Source: Octopus vulgaris
Lineage: Eukaryota
Assembly: GCA_951406725.2 (NCBI GenBank)
Contig: OX597829.1
Coordinates: forward strand, 42,656,001-42,720,000
Direction: 5' to 3'
Length of the DNA stretch: 64,000 nucleotides
In this document: positions 1-14,473 of the stretch, piece after piece
How positions within the stretch are numbered: position 1 is the stretch's first letter
Layout: every line of letters starts with the position of its first letter
Translations under genes and position numbers: made by a program
Notes under the pieces: generated by a model
What the model saw: the letters and a program-made list of their open reading frames with translations, nothing else
Database searches by the model: none
Told to the model about the DNA's origin: nothing

Positions 1-164
1 TTTTCTTTTTTTTTTTTGTTAATGAAAAATTTGACTGCATGACGAAAGAGAACGTTTTTTTTCGGGTGAATTAAAAATGAAAACTTTGATTTTGAGAAGA
101 AAATATTAAGATCTGGAATGTGGATTGAACCTCTCATTCCAGCAACAAAAAAGAGAATACAAAT

Positions 165-651
165 ATTCTTTTCTACTCTAGGCATAGTCGACCTCGGCGG
201 AATTTGAACTCAGAACGTAAACAGAGACGAAATACATATTTCTTTACTACCCACAAGGGGCTAAACGTAGAGGGGACGAACAAGGATAGACAAACAGATT
301 AAGTCGATTATATCAACCCTAGTGCGTAACTGGTACTTATTTAATCGACCCCGAAAGGATGAAAGGCAAAGTCGACCTCGGCGGAATTTGAACTCACAAC
401 GTAACGGCAGACGAAATGCCTATTTCTTTATTACCCACAAGGGGCTAAACACAGAGGGGACAAACAAGGACAGACATAGGTATTAAGTCGATTACATCGA
501 CTACAGTGCGTAACTGGTACTTAATTTATCGACCCCGAAAGGATGAAGGCAAAATCGACCTCGGCGGAATTTGAACTCAGAAAGTAACGACAGCCGAAAT
601 ACCGCTAAGCATTTCGCCCGGCGTGCTAACGTTTCTGCCAGCTCGCCGCCC
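165..651 (-). mobile_element. SINE family A, head plus tandem body units
   Basis: Minus head GGCGGCGAGCTGGCAGAAACGTTAG, B-box-like GAGTTCAAATTCC, body GCCTTTCATCCTTTCGGGGTCGAT; body repeated 2-3 times. Confidence 0.85.
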
Positions 652-683
652 TTAGAAACTATAAATATTGAAAACACAGGTGG

Positions 684-945
684 GTAAAGACCCCTTTCGG
701 GCAGGACTGGCCATGAGGTTGTACCCAGAATGTTACCCTCCGAGGCACAAGTCCGGGCAAGATTGTTAATGGAAGACGAGTAGCCATCCTCCATTATCCA
801 TGCCACTGAAGTTATACAAGGAAAAGGCAAAGGGGCCGATACAGCTTGTCACCAGTAACGTCACAACATATTTCTACAGCTGAGTGAACTTGTGCAATGT
901 GAAATAAAGTGTCTTGCTCAAGAAGACAACACACAGCCTAATCCG
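684..945 (-). mobile_element. SINE family C variant, 5'-truncated
   Basis: CTTGAGCAAGACACTTTATTTCAC core; tail GTGCCTCGGAG...CCGAAAGGGGTCTTTA shared with 56288-56620. Confidence 0.7.
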
Positions 946-1074
946 GAAGTGTATATATATATATATATGATTGCTACAAACTCGTGTTGGAGTATTGCCA
1001 TCGCCTGATCGAAATTTTCCCACATGCGATGGGTACGACCAGCCATTTTTGTAATAGGTCTCACTTTTTTTCAA

Positions 1075-1112
<38 letters not shown>

Positions 1113-1490
1113 ATATATATGCATGTATGTATGTATATGTACAGATGAGAATTTAAAATTGCATTCAACATTAATATTAACTTGTTAAAGTTAAAGTTAG
1201 GTTCGTTCGAGCAAAATCGAGCTACTTATTGTGTTTCATAACTTCAACTACTTCTCAATTACCTTGATTGCACCCACCTCGACAGTATTACCTGTAATAG
1301 TTCAGGGCACTCGAACTAGCCTGTCTACGGCCAGTCGCGCAGGACACTCATCTCACGATAATTGAGGAACTTACTCCGGAACTATTGAGCAGTATTACTT
1401 TTATATTCTACTATTTTGGAATAATAAATATTCTTCTGTTTTTTAACAATGACATTTTACAAACCTGTATTTGTGCACACACACAGACAC

Positions 1491-1611
<121 letters not shown>

Positions 1612-1937
1612 TTATCAGCACGGAACGCAAACAAGTTTGACATATAAATAAAAATTGAAACAAAAAATATATATACTCGCACATATACATACAGGCTTAT
1701 ATATACATGCATATCCATATGCATGTGCAAAGACACACACGCTCACTCTCACACATACACACACACACCCTCTCTTACACGTACATACACTTACATGCAT
1801 CTCCCCTCTCTGCCTTTGTATGTATATCTATAAAGCATACATACCTATGTATAAATGCGTATCATATGCACGTATGTATATACATTTACATATATATATA
1901 TATATACATATATATGTAAATATATATATATATATGT

Positions 1938-1968
<31 letters not shown>

Positions 1969-4437
1969 TATGTATATATGTATATGTATATGTATATATA
2001 CATACATCTATACACACAAAAACGCGTATTCATACTTCCACTAATGCATATACGAATGTATGTACGTTTGTACGTTGAACTGTATATATACATTCGTTTA
2101 TATGTGTATGCATCTTTGTGTGTATTTATTTATTTATTTGCGAGTGAATACGAACAGTTGCAGTATAAAATGGTGTGGAACCAACCACACCATTTTTCCT
2201 GCAACCGTTCAGCTGCATTCCATATTTGGCGTTCTGCTAGGCGTAGTGCCAATCAAATTTGATTTCCTTATCACATTCTATAATCTAAGAATCACGTGAA
2301 GAAGAATAAATACTGGATGAGAATCGTTCCATTTGCTCAAATTCTCATCCACCCACTGAAAAATTTGCGTATATGCTTGTATATATGAATGCTAGTTTAA
2401 CTATGTGTGTATGTGTAAATGTATGTCATTAAACGCACCCTTTTCATATGTTAAATTGTTCCTGTTCTTTTTCCTTTTCACTGCCGCTGTTTTCCCCCTC
2501 TCACCCTACCTCATTTTCCCCATCTCAACCTTCATTCCTATCATCTCTTCTCCTCTCCTCTTCTCACCCACTTCTCTCCCTTTCTTTATGTATCATTCTT
2601 TCTCCCTTTTTAAATACCGTTCGGTTTTCTTCTTATCTTTCCCAATCTCTCTGTCTCATAAACAAAAATGATTCGTTGATGTTTCCTTTCATGTGTCATT
2701 CTCTCTCTCTCTCTCTCCCCACCACACCTCTCCCTTCGTAGTGCACTCTCCCTATCTGTAATTATCTCTTTTATCTCCTTTCTTTTTCCTCTCTTTAATC
2801 CTTCCCACCCCTTTCTCAATATCTTCATTCCCCCGTCTCCCTTTTTTCCAAATCCCTCCCTCCCTCGTCTCTCCCGCTCTCTTCTTTCTAATCTCTTATT
2901 ATTTCTCTCCATTTCAGTCACCTCCTTTTCCCCTCTCTCCGTCTCCTCTCCTCTCCCTCCCTTCGATCAAAACCAGCTCTCCCCATCTCCTGTATCTCCC
3001 CTTCTCCCTCTTCCTCTCTCTCTCTACCTCTCTATCTCTCTTTCTCCCTCTCATTTCGACGGTATCTTCAAGTCATTTTTCATATTCTTTCCTTAAAGAC
3101 TTTAAGCAAAATTCACCTATCAGCGCTGCTCAACCCCTGTTTCAGTTAGACTCCAGCCAACCGTAAAAGAAGTCTTGCACTTTGGCAGAGTCAGAAACAA
3201 GTTTACGAATGGAGAAAACCGTATAGATTGTGCCGGAAATTAAAAATAATCCAGACAGATGGCGTTACTTGTCTAGCCCCCCTCCCCCCCACCACTACCC
3301 CAGGTTCTTTCAGTCAGATACTCGCGTCTAATCTTGAATTACAGAGCAGCAATAAACAAATAAATAAGTTAACTGAATATATAAATAATTACATATTATA
3401 AATAGAGAACTTAATATATGTTAGTAATAAGGAAAAAGAGAAAAGCAAGGGGCGGAAAATGATATAAAAAGAAAGATTGGATGTTTTCTAATTAATAAGA
3501 GGAATAAATAAGGATGATAAATATTAATGCAATCGGTATGAATTATGTAACATCAATGGCGATAACAATGAAAATACGGACTGGACTGACACGCACACAT
3601 AAAACAGAGAAAGATTCTTTAGGTGATGCACGTACATTGATGCACCGACATACAGATTCCCGCCAACAGACATTATCAAAGATATACATATCTACGTTTT
3701 TATATATTTGTGTATATGTTTGCATGTATGTATCAATGTATATATATACATATGTAAGTATATGTTATATATATATTATAATCTATCTGTAGATTATATA
3801 TGCATATATATATATATATATATATATGTTTGTGTGTGTATTTTTTATATACACATATACATAAGGTGTATATGTAAACATACGTGTGTGTGTGTGTGTG
3901 TGTGTGTGTAAAACATCAACACATCCATATTATGTATCCAAAACCCATTTTCATATTATCAGAGAACAGATAAAAGAAATGATTGTAGCGAATAGGATTT
4001 GAAACATTTATGAACAAGTAAATAAATAAATTCCAAAGAATATATTCATATGAAGAGACAAATTATACACACACGAAACGCATGCACACACACACACACA
4101 CACACACGCACACACACACACACACGCACTTATACACACATATATATACACCTACATTTACATACATAAATTTGAATGACAAATTTAGATTGGGATATTG
4201 GAAATATAAGTCGATAAATAGAAAAATATGCTAGTATACTAATGCGTCTCAGTTAAAGCATTGGTGATATTGTATATGAGCAATATATATTAATCATTGG
4301 TATATATATATATATATATATATACATGCACATATACTCATATATATTTGTGTATCTATGTATGTATAGACATGGATACTGAAAAAATATATTATGCATA
4401 TATATTTTGGAGCTTGTATAATAAAAATATATGTGCA

Positions 4438-4544
<107 letters not shown>

Positions 4545-4945
4545 CATATATACATACCAACACACACACACACACATATATGCATATATGTATATATCGA
4601 ATAAATACTCACATACATATAATAATATATACATTATGCATATGTACGTACAGGTGAGTTTGCGTATGCGTGTCTCTGCTTGCCTATCTATCTTTCTGTT
4701 TAAGGTATTATGTATTATTCATAGATAGAAATCTTCACGGAAGAAAGTATCTAATGGGTATATCAAAATAATATCGAAAAGCTTTTAGTCATTCCACTTT
4801 GGAAATAAGAAGAGTAAGACGCCGCCGCTGATAGAAATACAGAGAAATATTGGTGGATAAAGAACACGAAAAAAGAAGAAGGCAAAATGGCAGTCAATGC
4901 AAATGTTAGACGCAAAGCGATACTGTAAAAAAAAAAAAAAAAAAA

Positions 4946-5355
<410 letters not shown>

Positions 5356-5634
5356 TCTGATGAAGATAAAGAGAAGTCGTATTTATGAAATGGAGCAAGG
5401 GAAAATTATGATGAAGATTAGGGAGGAACTTTGGAAGATGTTGCGAATTTGGGAGAAGAAATACTGAGAGATTAGATATATAAACTTGAAGAGAAGGAAT
5501 GAGAAACAAGGGTTTATATGTAAGTGAATGATGTAAAAAAAAATATTAACGATTAAGAAGGAAAATAAGGGTAGGAGGTTGAAAGAGATAAATAAAAAAA
5601 TAGACAAAGAAATTGAGATATATTTTCAGAATAA

Positions 5635-6350
5635 TAGCAATGTGGTAAGAATATTATTGCATCCCAACAATGAGGTCTAAGGTTCAGTACCTATCTCTTT
5701 ACTACCCACAAGGGGCTAAACACAGAGAGGACAAACAAGGACAGACAAACGGATTAAGTCGATTATATCGACCCCAGTGTGTAACTGGTACTTATTTAAT
5801 CGACCCCGAAAGGATGAAAGGCAAAGTCGAGATCGGCGGAATTTGAACTCAGAACGTAGCGGCAGACGAAATACCTATTTCTTTATTACCCACAAGGGGC
5901 TAAACACAGAGAGGACAAACGGATTAAGTCGATTATATCGACCCGAGTGCGTAACTGGGTACTTAATTTAATCGACCCCGAAATGGATGAAAGGCCAAGT
6001 CGGCCTTGGCGGAATTTGAACTCAGAACCTAACGGCAGACGAAATACCGTTAAGCATTTCGACTGGTGTGCTAACGTTTTTGCCAGCTCTAAGGTTCAGT
6101 ACCGTTGTGCAGAATCTCGGGCATGTCTTGGCAAATATAGCTCCGGGAAAACTAAAGCATTGTGGGTGGATTTCGTGCACTGTAACTAAACGAGGCCTGC
6201 TGTGCGAGTGCGCGCATATGTCTTTGTGCTCGGGTCCCATTACCGCTTGACAAGCGTGTTGCAATCTGTACGTCCCGTTACTGAGCAGTTCTCCAAAAGG
6301 ATATCGATAGAAAACAGGCCAGACTTAGAAAAAATAGGTATTATTGGTTT
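5635..6350 (+). mobile_element. Degenerate SINE-B interrupted by SINE-A
   Basis: TGTGGTAAG..GGTTCAGTACC head resumes at 6104 with TCTTGGCAAAT core and CCGCTTGACAA body. Confidence 0.6.
5692..6087 (-). mobile_element. SINE-A dimer with 16-bp TSD
   Basis: Two family-A body units; TCTAAGGTTCAGTACC at 5676-5691 and 6088-6103. Confidence 0.88.
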
Positions 6351-6384
6351 GATTCCAGTAATTAGTATTGGATTGTAGCCATGA

Positions 6385-6636
6385 GCTATTTATTTCCTTC
6401 TCAAGCCATGCCAGGCTCATGTGGGCCAGTTTCACGGTTTCAATGGCGTATATGTTCCCCACATGGACGGGACGCTGATCCATTGCTGGATTAATCATTT
6501 TTGCCAGCTGAATGGATCGGAGGAACGCGAAATGAAGTGTTTTACTCAAGAACACAATGCGTCGCCCAGTTAGGAATCGAAACACAATCTTCCGATCATG
6601 AGTCCAAAATCACTAACCACTGAGCCAAACGCCTCT
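6385..6636 (-). mobile_element. SINE family C variant
   Basis: tRNA-like head (GGCTCAGTGGTTAG, TTCGATTCC), CTTGAGTAAAACACTTCA core, GAGCCTGGCATGGCTTGAGAAGG tail. Confidence 0.75.
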
Positions 6637-6653
6637 AGTGTTATATGTATATG

Positions 6654-6703
<50 letters not shown>

Positions 6704-6792
6704 GAGAGAGAGGGAGAGAGAGGGAGAGAGAGGGTGAGGGGAAGAGAGAGACAAACAGAAAAATATACTGACAGGCAGAAGGATATGTAAAT

Positions 6793-6894
<102 letters not shown>

Positions 6895-7152
6895 GCATAT
6901 ATATTTATATATGTTTACATATTAACAAACACATACATACACACACATACATTCGTAAAAAAATGTTAAACTCAATGTCAAACACCAGTAATTATGCGCA
7001 TTACCCCTAATTCATTCATATGGATTGTACTCTCTACCACTTTCTTTCTCTCTATCCCCCACTGTGTCTGTCTTTCACACACACACACACACAAACACAC
7101 ACACAATTACATAAAAATTTGTAAAACTTTCCAGAAGTTTATCATTTAGGTA

Positions 7153-8124
7153 CCGTAAATCCTCGAGTATAATCCGCATTTTTTCCCCAAATTCAAAGGT
7201 CAATATTCCTAGTGCGTACTATATACGAGGTTAAAAATGAAAAATATTTTCTAAACAATGGCCGAGTCTCTATTTCCTGTCCAGCAATATTTATTTAGAC
7301 GCATTTTGTGATGTAGGGTTCGAAAATACCTTAAGCTAAGCCTGAAAGCAATGAAGTCATAAAAGAATCATCCATAACTTGCAGTAAGCAACATCTATTA
7401 AAATAAAAGTATTCAGAACACAGAATAACATGTAACAAAAACAATTTGCAAACATATTTACATTCCCATATAACAGTTAAGAACATCACAATTACTGTAT
7501 TACGCATGCGCGGAAGTGTTTGTTCGACAAGGTATTGCTGGCTTAATTAAGCACGAATTGTGCTTAATAGTTTAGCGCTAAATAGTTCATCCTGCTATTT
7601 CTATTGGCAGTTTGCATCATTACCGTGGCAAACAATAGCTGCTTAATTAAATACCAGTATTAAATGTTTGAACTACTGTGGGTCTTTACTAGGGTTCTTT
7701 TCTTATTAGCGGGACTTAAACCTGTACATTAATCTCCAATAAAACATTTTATACATTACTTTCCCATAAAATGCCTCGTAGATCTTATTCAGCTATGTTT
7801 AAACTTTAAGTTATATCATATGCTGAAGAGCTTGGTAATAGGGCCACCGGAAGAAAATTTGATGTTGACGAAAGCAGTGTCAGGTTATGGAAAAAAATAA
7901 AGATGAAATTAAACAGATACCAAAGATAATGAAGGCAGGAATGCAATAATAAAGAACGTTACCGTATACATTTTTAAAGACCTACGACGTTATATAGACC
8001 TCCCTGACTCAAGTTAGAGAAGGGATGCGTATCATACACAAGGTTTAGGTTTTTCAGATTTACAGTCCCCTAAAAATCCCCTGCGTATTATACTCACGGG
8101 AGGACTATACTCGAGGATTTTCGG
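7153..8124 (+). mobile_element. Non-autonomous pogo/Tigger-type element with Brinker-type DBD relic
   Basis: TIRs CCGTAAATCCTCGAGTATA / TATACTCGAGGATTTTCGG, TA on both sides; from 7771 MPRRSYSAMFKL*VISYAEELGNRATGRKFDVDESSVRLW, like the POGK-type Brinker domain. Confidence 0.85.
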
Positions 8125-8199
8125 TATATGTGAGCATGTCTGCACATGCAGCTAGATACATGAGAATACATACATAAAACTAACATACAAATCTGCACA

Positions 8200-9041
8200 T
8201 ATGCATACATACACACACATACATACATACATGCATACATACATACATACATACATACACACATACATACATACATACATACATACATACATACATACAT
8301 ACATACATACATACACACATACATACATACATACATACATACATACACACATACATACATACATACATACATACATACATACATACATACATACATACAC
8401 ACATACATACATACATACATACATACATACATACATACATACATACATACATACATACATACATACATACATACATACATACATACATACACACATACAT
8501 ACATACATACATACATACACACATACATACATACATACATACATACATACATACATACATACATACATACATACATACATACATACATACATACATACAT
8601 ACATACATTACATACATACATACATACATACATAAACGTATCCTGTTGTTGATGTAGAAATTCGAATGTAGGAGTCTTGAATCTAGGTTAGAAACCGGCT
8701 CTTTCTCTATTGGCAAGAAATCTTGAAATAAAACTGAATAATGACAAACATGCATACATACATACATATATACAAATATACATACATACATACATACATA
8801 CATGCATGCATGCATGCATGCATATATATATACATACATACATACATGCATGCATGCCTGCATGCATACATACATACATACATACATACATACATACATG
8901 CATACATACATACATTCATACATACATACATACATACACACATACATACATACATACACACATACATACATACATACACACATACATACATACATACATA
9001 CATACAAACATACATACATACATACATACATACATACATAC

Positions 9042-9072
<31 letters not shown>

Positions 9073-9198
9073 CATACAAACATACATACATACATACATA
9101 CATACACACATACATACATACATACATACATACATACATACATACATACATACATGCATGCATACATACATACATACATACATACATACATACATACA

Positions 9199-9228
<30 letters not shown>
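8200..9228. repeat. (CATA)n microsatellite with non-repetitive insert at 8634-8749
   Basis: Direct reading. Confidence 0.95.
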
Positions 9229-9229
<1 letters not shown>

Positions 9230-9701
9230 CCTCACACAACGCCGATAAAACCTAATACATCTAAAATCATATTCAACTGTAAAGCGCTGAGCGTATAAAT
9301 TCGGAACCAATATTTAGGTTATGGTGTTGGTATCGGCGTTGTAGCTGATTGAAAATTGAACGTGGGTGTGTATGCGTGCGTGCGTGCGTGCTTGCATGTG
9401 ATGTGTGTGCTTGTGTGTGTGTGTGTGTGTGTGTGTGTCCCCGCGAGTGCATAGTTGGTGCAATAAGGAATTATATGACTGTTCCCTAATAAGAAAAATA
9501 AATCACTAATCAAGCTCAATTGACTAAAAACAGGCTAACTGAGAACAGTAAGTCTATAATTATGGACATCACCAAGACTGAATTGTCTTGCTTTAGAAAG
9601 CGACTGCTCTTATATCTATGTCAATGCTGTTGTTGATAATTGTGAGTGAGCCGTTTGCCCGTTTGCTGTACGAAACATTTATAAAATGCTCTCGATTTCG
9701 T

Positions 9702-9702
<1 letters not shown>

Positions 9703-9797
<95 letters not shown>

Positions 9798-9820
9798 ATA
9801 TCTATCTATCTGTCTATCTG

Positions 9821-9884
<64 letters not shown>

Positions 9885-9908
9885 GCTAGCTAGCTATCTA
9901 TCTATCTA
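9703..9908. repeat. (TCTA)n microsatellite
   Basis: Direct reading. Confidence 0.97.
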
Positions 9909-9911
9909 TAT

Positions 9912-10213
9912 GTGGAGGCACATGGCCTAGTGGTTAGAGCAGCGGACTGGCGGTCGAGGGATCGCGGGTTCGCATCTCAGACCGGACGATGTGTGTGTTT
10001 ATGAGCGAAAACACCTTATCTCCACGCGACTCCGGCAGAAGGTAATGGCGAACCTCTGCTGACTCTTTCGCCACAACTTTCTCTCACTCTTTCCTCCTGC
10101 ATTTTGCAGCTCACCTGCGACGGACCGGCGTCCCGTTCAGGTGGGGAACCTATACGCCAAGAAACCGGGAAGCCGGCCCTTATGAGCTAGGCATGGCTCG
10201 AGAAGGAACAAAC
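9912..10213 (+). mobile_element. SINE family C
   Basis: GGAGGCACATGGCCTAGTGGTTAG A-box, GGTTCGCATCTC B-box, GAGCGAAAACACC core, GGCATGGCTCGAGAAGGAAC tail. Confidence 0.85.
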
Positions 10214-10231
10214 ATATCTATCTATCTATGC

Positions 10232-10522
10232 TACAGGGACGTAAACACACCAAGTGATGTGTTGTCAAACGATGATGGTGGTGTGGAGGGGACGAACACA
10301 AACACACAAATAGGTACACACACACAAACACACACATATATATATATATATATGTATACGATGAGCTTCTTTCAGTTTTCGTCTACCAAATCCACTTACA
10401 AGGCTTTCGTCGGCCCGAGACTATTGTAGAAGACACTTGCCCAATGTGCCACGTAGTGGGACTGAACATAGAACCATATGATTGGGAAGCAAGCTTCTTA
10501 CCACACAGCCCCTCCTGCGCCA
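10232..10522 (-). mobile_element. SINE family B
   Basis: Minus GGCGCAGGAGGGGCTGTGTGGTAAG head, TTGGGCAAGTGTCTTCT core. Confidence 0.82.
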
Positions 10523-11297
10523 ATATATATCATACATATTACTACACATACATGCAGGAGCACACACACACGCATTATATAAATATCTGTATGCAAATGT
10601 CTATAGATAAAAGCCTCCCTTAAACGTCACTTTAGGCGATTACGTTCTCTGTAGCAAAATGTGCACACCGGTTTTGAAATTTGATCACTTCAAACGAACT
10701 TTTGCAAATATGTCAGTTATCATGACAACTTTTAGTTTCGCTATTTCTGTCAATGACTCCAGGAGACATAAACACACCAGCACCGGTTGTCAAGCAGCGG
10801 TGGAGGACAGACGCAATTTCCCCACCCTCGCCACACATAACGTACTGTACTGTTTCTCCATCGGTTGGAGATACATATTATTTTTCATGTGCTACCAATA
10901 GTTTGTTGTGCTGAGAACATGCCAAACAATGTTTTATAACAAGTCTGACATCTCGGGCACGGTCATCAGACACAGCCCACATGGCATATATATATATATA
11001 TAAAAGAGTAAAAACACAGAGACAGAGACAAGCATTTGAAAACTATGGAAATATTTTTAAAAACCATTTACTTCAATTTTTCCACAATTTACTTGTTTTT
11101 CATGCTTTACTTCAAGTTGAAAAAGTCGCAAAGGCTGGAACCGGTACTAAAATGTTCATCATGATAAAATTATTTTAGCCTTTTCTACCTTGTCTTATTT
11201 TTCTTATATATATACGAGTTGAAAAGAGAAACAACATATGTGTTTATTTACATTATTTACATTCGACGGATATTTGTCCTCATCTTGTTAGTTCTTA

Positions 11298-11341
11298 ACA
11301 CAACGTTTCGGTTGATATACCCTCCAGTCTTCATCAGGTGT
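11298..11341 (-). ncRNA. Minimal type-I hammerhead ribozyme motif
   Basis: ACAC-CTGATGAA-GACTG..CAACC-GAAAC-GTT-GTGT; stem I ACAC/GTGT, palindromic AACGTT stem III, imperfect stem II. Confidence 0.7.
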
Positions 11342-11407
11342 CTTGGGGAAAATTTCGAAACTGGGTTCTCATTCCTTATGTATTTTTCGATGTTATTGTT
11401 GTTGTTA

Positions 11408-11700
<293 letters not shown>

Positions 11701-11719
11701 ATAATAATAATAATAATAA

Positions 11720-12313
11720 TGAAAATGACAACATCTCACTCCTCTGGAACTTCACCATTCAAACTGACAGAAAGATAGATGCAAATAGGCCAGACATCAT
11801 ATTGAAAGACTTCAAACAAAGAACATGCCTCCTCATTGATATGACTGTCCCAATCGATATAAACGTATCTGTCAAGACCTACCAAAAACTGAGCAAATAT
11901 AAAGATCTTGAAATAGAAATCAGCAAAATGTGGAACCTGAAGACTAAAACAATACCTGTTGTCATAGGTGCCCTGGGAATGATAGCAAAAGGGGCTGATA
12001 GCTACCTAACTCAGATACCAGGAAACCCAAAAATGGCAGAAATTCAAAAGATAGCATGGGAACTGCTCATATCCTACGCAAAATACTTTCTATGTAATCT
12101 CAAGGTTTAAAACAAACATGATTTTCGGTTTTTAAAAAAAAAAAAAAAATTTTTTTTAGACATTCATTAGTACAACACCAAAAACTCCCCCCCCCCAATA
12201 TATGGCACACTAGGCATAACAACAACATGAACTTCCAACCTGTTGTCTCTTGAGGTATCTGGGTGAGACTTGGAGCCAACTTGTACAAATATAAAGCAAA
12301 AGTCAAACATAGA
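11720..12313 (+). mobile_element. 5'-truncated Dong/R4-clade non-LTR retrotransposon (RLE endonuclease + 3' UTR)
   Basis: LLWNFTIQTDRKIDANRPDIIL..IDMTVP..KLSKYKDLEIEISKMW..PVVIGALG, frameshifted GTAHILRKILSM*; (TAA)n on both sides, the known Dong target. Confidence 0.88.
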
Positions 12314-12389
12314 ATAATAATAATAATAGCAACAACAACAACAACATCGAAAAATAGGAATGAGAACCAAGGTTCGAAATTTCCCCAAG

Positions 12390-12433
12390 ACACCTGATGA
12401 AGGCTGAAGGGTATATTAGCCGAAACATTGTGT
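12390..12433 (+). ncRNA. Minimal type-I hammerhead ribozyme motif
   Basis: ACAC-CTGATGAA-GGCTG..TAGCC-GAAAC-ATT-GTGT; ATT where the left arm has GTT. Confidence 0.62.
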
Positions 12434-12814
12434 TAAAAACAAACAAGTTGAGGATAAATATCCGTCGAATGTAAATAATGTAAATAATGTAAATAATGTA
12501 CATAATTCCTCATCTCTTAAATATAGAACAACATATGTCTTACTGTGAATTACACTTGTGAGAGTTGTTATTAACAAAAGCAGAAACACAAACTAACATG
12601 GATGTATTATTTTCACTAAATTCCGCTGTTCTTTAGAGGAATCATCGTACGCTCTAATAATTACACTAATGAAAATACTATTTGATGTATTTCGTCAGAA
12701 AATATTCTTTTAAAAAATCAGTTAAAGATGGATATTATTCATACGCCTTTCTTTCCGGTCTCAACATAAATTGTTCATTTACGTAACAATTATTGAAAAT
12801 CAGATGCATATATA

Positions 12815-13328
12815 TTTCTTTATTTGTCCACAAGGGGCAATCCCAAACTGATGAAAGGCAAAGTTGACCTCGGCGGAATTTGAATTCACAACGTAACGAC
12901 AGAAGAATTACCTATTTCTTTACTACCCACAAGGGGCTAAACACAGAGGGGACAAACAAGGAAAGGCATACGGATTAAGTCGATTATATCGACCCCAGTG
13001 CGTGAATGGTACTTAATTTATCGACACCGAAAAGATGAAAGGCAAAGTCGATCTCGGCGGAATTTGAACTCAGAACGTATCGGCAGACGAAATACCTATT
13101 TCTTTATTACCCACAAGGGGCTAAGCATAGAGGGGACAAACAAGGAAAGGCATACGGATTAAATCGATTATATCGACCCCAGTGCGTGACTGGTACTTAA
13201 TTTATCGACCCCGAAAGGATGAAAGGCAAAGTCGACTTCGGCGGAATTTGAACTCAGAACGTATCGGCAGACGAAATTCCACTAAGCATTTCGCCCGGCG
13301 TGCTAGCGTTTCTGCCAGCTCGCCGCCC
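12815..13328 (-). mobile_element. SINE-A multimer (about 3 body units)
   Basis: Family-A head at 13328 and repeated bodies. Confidence 0.88.
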
Positions 13329-13517
13329 TTAATCAGATGCATACATGCGTGCATATAAGGATAGATAAAATTGTTAGTGAACAACGAGCCTCTAATTTCC
13401 ATCAGACGTTGAATGAAATCTAATTATTAAGGTTTGGCACCTTTAATTATTAATTACTGTATCGTTTATCAACGGTTGCTCATATACACGCCAATTTCCC
13501 CTACTCTTTCTCTCTTT

Positions 13518-13528
13518 TTTTCTTTCAT

Positions 13529-13607
<79 letters not shown>

Positions 13608-13612
13608 ATCAT

Positions 13613-13648
<36 letters not shown>

Positions 13649-13736
13649 TCATTCATTCTTTCTTTCTTTCATTCTTTCTTTCTTTCATTCTTTCTTTCAT
13701 TCTTTCTTTCATTCTTTCTTTCTTTCATTCTTTCTC

Positions 13737-13768
<32 letters not shown>

Positions 13769-13868
13769 TCATTCTTTCTTTCTTTCATTCTTTCTTTCTT
13801 TCTTTCTTTATTTCATTCTTTCTTTCTTTCTTTCATTCTTTCTATCTTTCTTTCTTTTTCTTTCTTTC
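13518..13868. repeat. (TTTC)n/(TTCA) microsatellite
   Basis: Direct reading. Confidence 0.95.
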
Positions 13869-14404
13869 CTCCTCTTACTATCACTCCCTCTGCATGCTCG
13901 TCAATGTTTACAAACACGTACACCCGCGCTCACACACATACACATCCATATATCTTTCCCCCCGCGCGCACACACACACACACACATCCTCTATTCCCTA
14001 ATGACGCAGAGAAGGACTACCGAATAAAAAAAGGTCGTGTGTGTATATAACTGAAGTGTATACAGCGCAGATGAGCAGAAATAACTGCAAACTAACAATA
14101 TCTGTCGTTCTCATTCGTTTCCGGGACGATTCTTTTCGCCTGGTTTTGAAGTATTCTGTGCTTTTTTTTTTAACAATCTACATCTTTAATCGGACATTTT
14201 CTAGACGAAACACCACATCCTAAAGTTGTTTAGAATGTGTTCGTTATGCGTCAGTGATATTGATTACGTTATAGAGCAGTTTGCAGCACAAAATTTGGAT
14301 TCTGATATGTATAAATGTGTATGTATGCACACACAGATATATAAGTATGCATATGTATATATACACACATATACAGGTATCTATATATCTTATATAAATA
14401 AATA

Positions 14405-14473
<69 letters not shown>

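Noticed and set aside
165-560. Repeated units as a CRISPR-like array
   Set aside because: Contiguous SINE bodies without unique spacers, in eukaryotic context.
501-830. Recurrent peptide ELAETLARRAKCLAVFRLPLRSEFKFRRGRLCL
   Set aside because: Open frame through non-coding SINE-A; recurrence reflects SINE copy number.
8180-9310. 376-aa ORF and similar [12 protein letters not shown] ORFs throughout
   Set aside because: Translations of stop-free microsatellite frames.
10845-10980. Minus CTGATGA..GAAACAGTA as a hammerhead
   Set aside because: Boxes are far apart and stem I does not pair.
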